Positions 9,024 to 15,818 of a DNA stretch of 24,000 nt are shown piece by piece. The DNA lies in assembly GCA_023512435.1 (NCBI GenBank), contig JAILZP010000011.1:31630-55629 (forward strand), written 5' to 3'. The position numbers and the translations under genes were made by a program. Each line of letters opens with the position of its first letter. Within the stretch, counting starts at the first letter, position 1. This DNA is from Peptococcaceae bacterium (GTDB taxonomy: Bacteria > Bacillota > Desulfotomaculia > Desulfotomaculales > Desulfocucumaceae). Below the pieces are notes generated by a model, which ran no database searches, was not told the origin of the DNA, and saw only the letters and a program-made list of their open reading frames with translations.

Positions 9024-9049
9024 AACGCATAAACTTTTGTTTATGCGTT
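9024..9049. promoter_or_regulatory. perfect 11-bp inverted repeat (candidate ArsR-family operator or second hairpin)
   Basis: AACGCATAAAC-TTTT-GTTTATGCGTT. It lies just upstream of the putative -35 of acr3 and just downstream of the preceding terminator. Confidence 0.35.
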
Positions 9050-9054
9050 GTTCT

Positions 9055-9088
9055 ATAAAAAATGGGATGTTGCGTATCCCATTTTTTT
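9055..9088 (-). terminator. Rho-independent terminator after the thioredoxin-like gene
   Basis: Stem ATGGGAT (9062-9068) / ATCCCAT (9076-9082) with a 7-nt loop. It is flanked by A-run and T-run, so it is bidirectional in shape. It abuts the stop codon at 9087-9089. Confidence 0.6.
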
Positions 9089-9611
9089 ATTTTCCCATTT
9101 CCTCCCTTATCCACTTTGAAATCTCTTCCGGTTTGGGTACTTTACCTGTGGATTTAATCTTACCGTTTATAATCAGCCCCGGGGTCATCATCACACCCAG
9201 TTCCACGATTTTGCGCGGGTTTTCCACCTTTTCCACCGAAGCCTCCACTCCCATTTCTTCCAGGACCCTAAGCACTGCGCTCTCCAGGGTCTTGCAGTTT
9301 TTGCATCCCGGTCCCAAAACCTTGATCTCCATTCTTCTTTCCGACCCCCCAACACTTTCTTTTTTTATTTCCGAAATGTGCTTTTTATATTCCGCCAACA
9401 GGGCCTCGCCGTATTTATCCCTGGCGGAATCAGGGAAATAATTCCGCCTTCTGAACCTCGACAACAGTTCGGAGATGCGCCGGTCTTCAGTCAGGGGCTC
9501 CAGATCCGCAACCTCACGGATTACTTCGTCAAGCCCGAAGACCCCTATGTTATTGCCCCCGACACTGAACATTTTCGGTCTCGGTGAACGCGGCTCGCAG
9601 CAGCCGCCCAT
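9087..9611 (-). CDS. MTH895/ArsE-type thioredoxin-like protein with a roughly 95-aa N-terminal extension beginning MGGCC
   Basis: The C-terminal 80 aa, MEIKVLGPGCKNCKTLE...MTPGLIINGK, are a close paralog of the 80-aa ORF at 12934-13176 (CxxC in GPGCKNC). I place the start at ATG 9611-9609. The further-upstream track extension overlaps the CcdA remnant in another frame. Confidence 0.7.
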   Translation of the reverse strand: MGGCCEPRSPRPKMFSVGGNNIGVFGLDEVIREVADLEPLTEDRRISELLSRFRRRNYFPDSARDKYGEALLAEYKKHISEIKKESVGGSERRMEIKVLGPGCKNCKTLESAVLRVLEEMGVEASVEKVENPRKIVELGVMMTPGLIINGKIKSTGKVPKPEEISKWIREEMGK

Positions 9612-9645
9612 GATCCTCACGCCCCTTTCCAACTGATTTACCGAA

Positions 9646-9834
9646 TCAGGTATTCGTCCACAAAAACCACAGCCCCAGGACGATAAGCACCATCCCGCCA
9701 ATCTTTTGCAAAACCTCGCTCCAGTTTCCTATGACCTGAATGTTCTTTAAAAGCCCGGTGAAAGTCCCCGCCAGGAGCAGGGGAATGCTCCTGCCAATAG
9801 AGTACAGGAACAACAGCAAGAACCCGTAAATATT
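9646..9834 (-). pseudogene. C-terminal remnant (62 codons) of a CcdA/DsbD-family thiol-disulfide transmembrane protein
   Basis: My translation: NIYGFLLLFLYSIGRSIPLLLAGTFTGLLKNIQVIGNWSEVLQKIGGMVLIVLGLWFLWTNT-stop. This matches the last two TM helices of CcdA (LYSxGxxIPxLL ... GGxxLIxxG). There is no start codon. It begins in frame directly after the TAG of the upstream ArsR gene. Confidence 0.6.
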
Positions 9835-10215
9835 CTATGCAGGTTGCGAATCTGATTTTTGACCTGTTTTACAATTTATTATGCAACTGTCGTTTTCCAG
9901 CTTTTCCAATCTCGCACTCTCCTCTTTGAATTCCGGCAGCTGCCCGATGTCCACCCTGAGAAACTCCAGGAAATCGTTTAACGTTCTCTCCGTAATGTCC
10001 CCGTTTAACATATAGAAAGTTTTTTGAGCTTCCTTGGCTTCCCTGAGGATGGTGGCCTCCTTTAATACTTTGAGATGCTGCGAGATCCTGGGCTGGCTTA
10101 TTCCCAGCACCGACTCCAGTTCACAGACGTACATCGGCCTTACGGCCAGCAGCCTCAGTATTCTGAGGCGGGTCGGCTCACCCAGGGCCTTAAATATCTT
10201 GACAAACAGTTCCAT
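9835..10215 (-). CDS. ArsR/SmtB-family transcriptional regulator (second copy, single Cys in the sensing helix)
   Basis: 126 aa. Reads LGEPTRLRILRLLAVRPMYVCELESVLGISQPRISQHLKVLKEA. The C-terminal tail carries CxxxC (DSCIINC). Confidence 0.85.
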   Translation of the reverse strand: MELFVKIFKALGEPTRLRILRLLAVRPMYVCELESVLGISQPRISQHLKVLKEATILREAKEAQKTFYMLNGDITERTLNDFLEFLRVDIGQLPEFKEESARLEKLENDSCIINCKTGQKSDSQPA

Positions 10216-10238
10216 ACCGCACCCCCATAAATAACTGC

Positions 10239-10251
10239 TTATATAATAATA
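10239..10251. promoter_or_regulatory. 13-mer TTATATAATAATA upstream of the second arsR (shared with 12415-12427)
   Basis: Exact 13-nt identity with the site upstream of the permease gene. Here it is embedded in the palindrome ATAATATTAT, 24 nt upstream of the ATG. Confidence 0.4.
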
Positions 10252-10284
10252 TTATCCATATGCACGTGTCAAATGCTTTTCCGG

Positions 10285-11265
10285 TTATTGCATAGCTTTT
10301 TCTCTCCGGAAAACACTTGGTGACCAGCGAAGTATCCAGGCCATTACCGGCATCTGGATGAGCGGATTGACGGCCAGCATAACCACCGTCAGGGGTGAAA
10401 AGAATTGGGAGGCCAGGCCGATGGCCAGCGAAATGTTTTTTCCGGTAACGCTGTATATCAGCGCTATTTCATCCTTCGCCGGTAATTTTGCCCTGCGGGC
10501 CAGCCAGACGGAAACGGCGAACTGCAAGATGTAAAAAACCAGGATCGCCGGGACGATTATGAATATGCTGTGCCAGATGGAGACAATCCTCGGGGCGCCC
10601 AGGGCCATCGAGATAAAGACAATCCCGAACATGCCCAGCATGGACAAAGGGGGCAATACCGGCCTGACGTTCATGAAGCCCTGTTCGCCCTTGGCTTTGA
10701 TGATCAGCCTCCTGGTTATGTCACCGGCAATCATGGGAATGAGGATTACCAGGATAGTCCCCTTGAACATGGCCAGGGCGTCAATTGAAATGAGGGAGTG
10801 GGCCAAGATCAGCATGCTCACCGGAATGGTCAGGATGCTCAGGGTAAGCGACAGGGCTACGATAACCAGGGCCAAGGCCACATTCCCCTTGGCAAACCCG
10901 GTCCACCCCGCCACCATGCCGGCGCAGGGGGTGACGCTCAAAAGAAGTAAAGCAGCAGCGAAGTCCGGGTGTCCCCGGAAGGCAGCCAGCGCCACCAGGA
11001 AGCCCATCAGCGGCGAGATGACAAAATTGAGCAACAACGACAGGGAGATGGGCCGCAGGTTTTTGGCCGCCTTGACCGTCTCCTCCACCCTGATGCCCAC
11101 CATCATGGGGAAGATCATCAAAAAAAGGGTAAAGTTTATATACTCCTTCAACCCCTTTGAAAATTCCGGGGCAAACCACCCCACGGCGGCTCCGGACAAA
11201 ATTGACAGCGCAATCAGGTAGATCATGTTTTTATCAAAAAACTTGGCTATCCCCTGCAGATTCAC
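10285..11265 (-). CDS. BASS/SBF-like (ACR3-related) membrane carrier
   Basis: 326-aa polytopic protein with the overall pattern of bile-acid:sodium-symporter-fold arsenical-resistance-type proteins. GTG start with AGGAGG 8 nt upstream. Confidence 0.7.
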   Translation of the reverse strand: MNLQGIAKFFDKNMIYLIALSILSGAAVGWFAPEFSKGLKEYINFTLFLMIFPMMVGIRVEETVKAAKNLRPISLSLLLNFVISPLMGFLVALAAFRGHPDFAAALLLLSVTPCAGMVAGWTGFAKGNVALALVIVALSLTLSILTIPVSMLILAHSLISIDALAMFKGTILVILIPMIAGDITRRLIIKAKGEQGFMNVRPVLPPLSMLGMFGIVFISMALGAPRIVSIWHSIFIIVPAILVFYILQFAVSVWLARRAKLPAKDEIALIYSVTGKNISLAIGLASQFFSPLTVVMLAVNPLIQMPVMAWILRWSPSVFRREKAMQ

Positions 11266-11336
11266 TCCCTCAACCTCCTGCGCGGTTTTTCATTAAGATA
11301 ACAACTTTACCGGCTGATTATCCTTAACAACCCGGC

Positions 11337-12380
11337 TTAACCTGCAATATATCCGAAGAACATGCCGGTGATGGTGGACAGGGCAACCACCAGCAGGACA
11401 TAGACCGATGTCTTCTTCACCCCCATCACCCGGCCGATGACAATCATATTGGGCAGGCTTAAGGAGGGTCCGGCCAACAGCAGCGCCAATGCCGGTCCCT
11501 TGCCCATGCCCATGTCCAGTAATGCCTTCACAATGGGCACTTCAGTCAGGGTGGAGAAGTACATCAGGGCGCCAAAAACCGATGCCACGGCGTTGGACGC
11601 AAGGCTGTTTCCGCCCACCGCGGCTTCCACCCATTGCTGCGGGATGACCGCCTTAAGCATCCCGGCCACAAATACACCGATCAATAACACCGGGAAAATC
11701 ATTTTTACAAACTTCCAGGTCTCCCTCAGCCAGTCCACGACCTCATCCTTGCTGTACCAGAAAGCCAGAACCAGAACCATTGAATTTAACAGAGTAATCA
11801 GGATGGCAATCTTGGACCACAGGGGAATACCGGCGGTCCCGAAGAGGAGTATGGCCACCAGCACTCCGAAGAAGGCCAGCAACTGGATCACCGGCTTGCC
11901 TTCCCCGCCGGCGAACATGCTCTCGTCTTCTTCCTTGAATTTTTCCTCTTTCCTGAAGATAAGCGCCATCAACAGGCCTATTATTATGGAAAAGCTAATG
12001 GCCCCCACGGCCCGGGCCAGGCCAAGCTCCCAGCCCATTTTGCGGGCGGTGAGCACTATGGCCAGTATGTTGATGGCCGGGCCGGAAAACAGGAAAGTGA
12101 CCGCCGGACCAAGGCCGGCGCCTTTTTTATGAATACCGGCAAACAGGGGCAATATAGTACATGAACACACCGCCAGGATGGCCCCTGAAACCGAAGCAAC
12201 GCCATAGGCCGTGGTTTTTTTGGCCCTGGGGCCGAAATATTTGATCACGGCCCCGGTGGAAACCACCGCCGCTATCCCGCCGGCGATGAAAAAGGCGGGC
12301 ACCAGGCACGTCAGCACGTGGGCCGACAAATACTCCAGAAGTTCATTCACACCGCTCATCAAGATGTTTGTAATGATCAT
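11337..12380 (-). CDS. DUF318/COG0701 permease (ArsP-like)
   Basis: Polytopic. It has a Cys pair in a TM helix (AVCSCTILPLF) as in ArsP-type permeases. I prefer the ATG at 12380 (GGAGG 9 nt upstream) over the track's TTG at 12389, which abuts the RBS. Confidence 0.75.
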   Translation of the reverse strand: MIITNILMSGVNELLEYLSAHVLTCLVPAFFIAGGIAAVVSTGAVIKYFGPRAKKTTAYGVASVSGAILAVCSCTILPLFAGIHKKGAGLGPAVTFLFSGPAINILAIVLTARKMGWELGLARAVGAISFSIIIGLLMALIFRKEEKFKEEDESMFAGGEGKPVIQLLAFFGVLVAILLFGTAGIPLWSKIAILITLLNSMVLVLAFWYSKDEVVDWLRETWKFVKMIFPVLLIGVFVAGMLKAVIPQQWVEAAVGGNSLASNAVASVFGALMYFSTLTEVPIVKALLDMGMGKGPALALLLAGPSLSLPNMIVIGRVMGVKKTSVYVLLVVALSTITGMFFGYIAG

Positions 12381-12414
12381 TGTTTCCAACCTCCGATAAT
12401 ATATTAGATATTTA

Positions 12415-12427
12415 TTATATAATAATA
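12415..12427. promoter_or_regulatory. 13-mer TTATATAATAATA upstream of the permease gene (shared with 10239-10251)
   Basis: Exact repeat of the arsR-2 upstream 13-mer. It is followed by a near copy, TTATATATAAATA, 3 nt later. It lies 35 nt upstream of the ATG at 12380. Confidence 0.4.
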
Positions 12428-12463
12428 CCGTTATATATAAATATCAACCCTCATTTTTTGAAG

Positions 12464-12499
12464 CCAAAAAATTGCCACCGGATTTTTTAATCCGGCGGC
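12464..12499 (-). terminator. Rho-independent terminator ending the cysteine desulfurase-to-DGC operon
   Basis: Minus-strand RNA: GCCGCCGGAUU-AAAA-AAUCCGGUGGC, then AAUUUUUUGG. The single imperfect position is a G-U pair on the minus transcript but an A-C mismatch on the plus transcript. This supports minus-strand function. Confidence 0.65.
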
Positions 12500-12524
12500 A
12501 GAAGATAATTATACTCCCACAAGT

Positions 12525-12899
12525 CTACCTTCCCAGCTGCCTGCGGATATCGGAACATACCATATTTATATCTTCCGGCAGCAGGTTGAAGTCGTGATTT
12601 TTCTTAATTCCCAGATCTGTGGCAACCACATGGTCGGTCACGTTGAAACCGGCGTGTTCCAGCGTCTTTTTGGCGCAGCAGGCCTGGCAGCCGTCTATGG
12701 CCACAATGCGCCTGGCCGCTTTGGCCGACTCAATAAAGCTGTCCAGATGCCCGCCGATTCCGGCCAGGCAGTACAGCTTGCCCACCCCGGCCCTGGTCAG
12801 ATCCACCCCGGCCTGGTTCGCTATCTGCCCGACGTTGGATCCTCCGGAGCAGGGAAAAATCAAAATTTCAGTGGCTTCGCAGGTGCATGTATTAGACAT
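12525..12899 (-). CDS. DGC-domain putative zinc-binding protein
   Basis: 124 aa, Cys-rich (CTC, FPCSGG, YCLAG, IDGCQACCAKK including the DGC signature). RBS is AAGGAG, 7 nt before the ATG. Confidence 0.75.
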   Translation of the reverse strand: MSNTCTCEATEILIFPCSGGSNVGQIANQAGVDLTRAGVGKLYCLAGIGGHLDSFIESAKAARRIVAIDGCQACCAKKTLEHAGFNVTDHVVATDLGIKKNHDFNLLPEDINMVCSDIRRQLGR

Positions 12900-12933
12900 T
12901 TAACTTCTCCTTTCCGTTAATTGATTATCTATT

Positions 12934-13176
12934 TTATTTCATTTCTTCTTTGATCCATCTGGCTATGTCCTTGCGGGAGGGAACCCGCCCGAAAACCTTG
13001 ACCTTGCCGTTAATCACCAGTCCCGGGGTCATCAGGATGCTGTACTGCATTATTTTTTCCATGTCCTCCACTTTTTCCACGTCGGCATCAACTCCGATTT
13101 CCTCCAGTGTTTTTCTTACCTCCCTCTCCAGCTCGTGACATTTCTTGCATCCGGGTCCGAGCACCTTGATTTCCAC
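12934..13176 (-). CDS. MTH895/ArsE-family thioredoxin-like protein (redox-active disulfide protein 2 type)
   Basis: 80 aa: MEIKVLGPGCKKCHELE...MTPGLVINGKVKVFGRVP. CxxC sits in a thioredoxin-fold context. GTG start with GGAGGAG 9 nt upstream. Confidence 0.85.
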   Translation of the reverse strand: MEIKVLGPGCKKCHELEREVRKTLEEIGVDADVEKVEDMEKIMQYSILMTPGLVINGKVKVFGRVPSRKDIARWIKEEMK

Positions 13177-13214
13177 ACCTCATCACTCCTCCAGTTTAGC
13201 AAATTAGTATATGT

Positions 13215-13760
13215 TTAAGATATTTCATATCCGAGGGCGGCCACTATCTCCAGCATGGGATCCTTCAGGTCCCGGTATTCGTCCCTGAACAGCGGCAGGC
13301 AGTTCTTAATCTGCTGTTCTCCCAGCAGGAGTTTGGTGGCGAAGGCCAGGCAGGTCATCTCACCGCAGTCCCTGCAATTGGTCTTTGGAAGCCAGCCGTA
13401 AATCTCCAGGGGTTTGGGGCGTGATTTAAGCTCATAACTGGGAACAATCTTTTCCCTGCGGTCCCAGGTGTCGTTGATCAGGTCCTTTAACCAGTCCAGC
13501 ACCTGGTAGGCGTCTGTGGCGTTCACCGCCTTGGCCATTGTTACGCGGTCCGGGTATAGCGTTATCAGGCGAACGTCTTTGGTGAACGTAAGGTTTTGCG
13601 CGTGCCTGTTGTAGGTGGCGTTTTTGATTACCGTATTCAGGTACGGCATAACCCCGCTGATGTCGTTTGACAATTCCGCCTTGACCCTGACTTTGTTGGC
13701 AACCACAATGCATGGTTCGATAAAAACTATATCAATCCTCTCCAGAAGCAAATCAATCAC
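13215..13760 (-). CDS. Fe-S-binding protein with a CO dehydrogenase/acetyl-CoA synthase gamma-subunit-type 4Fe-4S motif
   Basis: 181 aa. LPKTNCRDCGEMTCLAFATKLL matches the N-terminal Fe-S domain of AcsC/CdhE-type corrinoid Fe-S proteins. The preceding roughly 120 aa carry no motif I recognise. The start codon is ambiguous (GTG 13760 or TTG 13751). Confidence 0.65.
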   Translation of the reverse strand: MIDLLLERIDIVFIEPCIVVANKVRVKAELSNDISGVMPYLNTVIKNATYNRHAQNLTFTKDVRLITLYPDRVTMAKAVNATDAYQVLDWLKDLINDTWDRREKIVPSYELKSRPKPLEIYGWLPKTNCRDCGEMTCLAFATKLLLGEQQIKNCLPLFRDEYRDLKDPMLEIVAALGYEIS

Positions 13761-13769
13761 CGCCTTTAC

Positions 13770-14915
13770 CTATTTGCCCGCCAGTTCTTCCAGGGCTTTG
13801 GCCAGATAGTCTATCTCCCCGGCGGTGTTGAAGTAACCCAAACCCACCCTTACGGTACCGCGGTCAATAGTGCCTATGGTGCGGTGGGCGCAGGGGGCGC
13901 AGTGCAGCCCGGCCCTGACCATTATCCCGTATTCCATGTCCAGCCTGTGAGCCAGGTCCTCGGGCCTGTACCGCCCCAGGTTGAAAGAAAGCACTCCCAC
14001 TGTCCGATCGGGTTCAAGTGGGCCGTACAGTGTCATCCCCGGTATTCTTTCCAGTCTTTCGACGGTGTACCGCTTCAGTTCCATTTCGTGCCGCCTGATC
14101 CTGTCAATACCCTCGTTCAAAATAAATCTCACCGCCTCCCCCAGCCCGGCCAGCCCGGCCACGTTTGGAGTACCCGGTTCGTAGCGGTCGGGCAGATCGT
14201 CGGGCATCCTTTCCAGAATTGAATGTCCGCCGGTACCCCCTTCTTTTAAAGGTCTCGGGGAAAATCCCTCTCTTATGTAAAGCCCTCCTGTGCCCTGCGG
14301 GCCCAGCAGGCCCTTGTGGCCGGTAAAAGCCAGCAAATCCACGTTCATTGACTGAACATCAATGGGGTAAACTCCGGCCGTTTGCGCGGCGTCAACCAGA
14401 AAACATATTTTCCTCCTGCGGGCTTCCGCTCCTATTATCTCAACCGGCATCAAAGCGCCCGTCACGTTGGAGGCGTGAGTCATGACAATCATTTTCGTAT
14501 CGGGACGCAAGGATTCGACCACTCTGCCGGGGTCAAGGCGGCCCTCCGGAGAACAGGAAACGGCCGTTATCCGGATGCGTTCCCGGCTTTCCATCACCTT
14601 CAGGCAGCGCCAGACCGCATTGTGCTCCATGGAGGTGGTAACCACGTGGTCCCCCGGGCCGATCAGCCCTTTCACGGCCAGATTTATAGACTCGGTCACA
14701 TTGGCTGTAAAGATTATTCTCCCGGCGTCAGCGACGTTAAACAACTTCGCGAGGTATTTACGGACGTCAAAAATTATCCTGTCAGCCTCCAGTGCCCGGC
14801 GGTACGCGCCGCGTCCCGAGCTGACCCCGACTTTCCGCATAAAATCATATACCGCCCGGTAAACCTTTTCCGGCTTTGGCCATGACGTGGCCGCGTTGTC
14901 GAGATATACCTCCAA
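13770..14915 (-). CDS. class-V aminotransferase-fold cysteine desulfurase family protein
   Basis: 381 aa. Reads YLDNAATSWPKPEKV at the N-terminus, FTGHKGLLGPQGTGGLY (PLP-lysine region) and RAGLHCAP (active-site Cys loop). TTG start with GAGGGA 5 nt upstream. Confidence 0.85.
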   Translation of the reverse strand: MEVYLDNAATSWPKPEKVYRAVYDFMRKVGVSSGRGAYRRALEADRIIFDVRKYLAKLFNVADAGRIIFTANVTESINLAVKGLIGPGDHVVTTSMEHNAVWRCLKVMESRERIRITAVSCSPEGRLDPGRVVESLRPDTKMIVMTHASNVTGALMPVEIIGAEARRRKICFLVDAAQTAGVYPIDVQSMNVDLLAFTGHKGLLGPQGTGGLYIREGFSPRPLKEGGTGGHSILERMPDDLPDRYEPGTPNVAGLAGLGEAVRFILNEGIDRIRRHEMELKRYTVERLERIPGMTLYGPLEPDRTVGVLSFNLGRYRPEDLAHRLDMEYGIMVRAGLHCAPCAHRTIGTIDRGTVRVGLGYFNTAGEIDYLAKALEELAGK

Positions 14916-15029
14916 AGCAATCCCTCATTAAATTAATCATTGAAGCATGGTTATATCATTATATGCTTATTATTTCATGTTATCACAATAACTTCAAAAT
15001 GACAATAACTGTTTTCTTTGCCTTTCCGG

Positions 15030-15242
15030 CCAGGGGCTGAGTATGCCATAGGCGGAATCACTGCCCATTTTCTATACCGCCGCCGGAGAACATTTGCCAC
15101 GGACGCCGCCCCGGTAACCGAAGGCGGCATGGATGCTGCTGTCGCAGAAGGCACTGCCGGTAATCCCCTGTCATGCATCAGGCCCATGATTGATCACCTG
15201 CCCGAAAATTACAAACAGGCCATCATTAGAGGTGAACAATAA
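15030..15242 (+). pseudogene. internal fragment of an ECF-type sigma-70 factor
   Basis: The tail of the 74-aa track ORF reads ...ITAHFLYRRRRTF...IDHLPENYKQAIIRGEQ-stop. This resembles the end of region 2 (IDYLRRRRR) and the start of region 4 (LPENYRxVIxLR) of ECF sigma factors. The N-terminus and HTH are missing. Confidence 0.35.
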
Positions 15243-15268
15243 AAATCAGCCGGCAGAGTCATTTGATT

Positions 15269-15293
15269 TTCCTGTCCATCAGGAATTTTTTTT
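15269..15293 (+). terminator. hairpin plus T-run (terminator left behind by the sigma relic)
   Basis: TTCCTG-TCCAT-CAGGAA followed by TTTTTTTT. Confidence 0.45.
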
Positions 15294-15382
15294 AACTTCT
15301 TTTCAAAGACACCTGAATATGGTATTTTAACCTATATAGATTTTTAATATATATATGTGTTATACCTATAGAGGTGGTAAAT

Positions 15383-15772
15383 TTGTGTAGAAATTTGGCA
15401 CCAGGTAATGGAAGCGGGGGCTGCCGGTGTCAGGTGGGACCGATGGAACGATTTATGCAGCCGTGCCTGCTCTTGCTTCTTCACGAGCGCACCGCCGCCC
15501 ACGGATACGAGTTGATTCAGCACCTGCAAGAGTTCGGTTTTAACGAGAATGATGCGGATCCCGGCACGGTTTACCGTAATCTGCGCAGGATGGAGGAGGA
15601 AGGAACTGTCACTTCCCATTGGGACACCGGTAAGGCAGGTCCCGCCAGGCGTATATACCAGTTAACTCCGGAAGGTGAAAAAGTACTGCACCAGTGGGCG
15701 GGGCACATAAGCCACAATATCAGGCGCTTGTCAAAATTTATGGAAAAATACAATCATAATTTCCCCAGATAA
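15383..15772 (+). CDS. PadR-family transcriptional regulator with a Cys-rich N-terminal extension
   Basis: FMQPCLLLLLHERTAAHGYELIQHL...PGTVYRNLRRMEEEGTVTSHW...RRIYQLTPEGEK is a typical PadR wHTH. It is preceded by (M)CRNLAPGNGSGGCRCQVGP. I prefer the TTG at 15383 (GAGGTG 6 nt upstream). The track starts at GTG 15374, inside the RBS. Confidence 0.85.
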   Translation: MCRNLAPGNGSGGCRCQVGPMERFMQPCLLLLLHERTAAHGYELIQHLQEFGFNENDADPGTVYRNLRRMEEEGTVTSHWDTGKAGPARRIYQLTPEGEKVLHQWAGHISHNIRRLSKFMEKYNHNFPR

Positions 15773-15818
15773 TGACTTAACTGTTTTTTCTAATTCTTTT
15801 ACCGGGAGTTGAGCAAGT

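Noticed and set aside
9612-9701. N-terminal 30 codons of the 204-aa track ORF (MAGWCLSSWGCGFCG...)
   Set aside because: They overlap the CcdA remnant, which reads convincingly in a different frame. The internal ATG at 9611 gives a non-overlapping gene. The Cys-rich look is probably a frame artefact.
9835-9837. TAG between arsR-2 and the in-frame CcdA fragment as a possible read-through or pyrrolysine codon
   Set aside because: A fusion of a cytoplasmic wHTH repressor to two terminal CcdA helices makes no functional sense. No PYLIS-like context is evident. A deletion scar is the simpler explanation.
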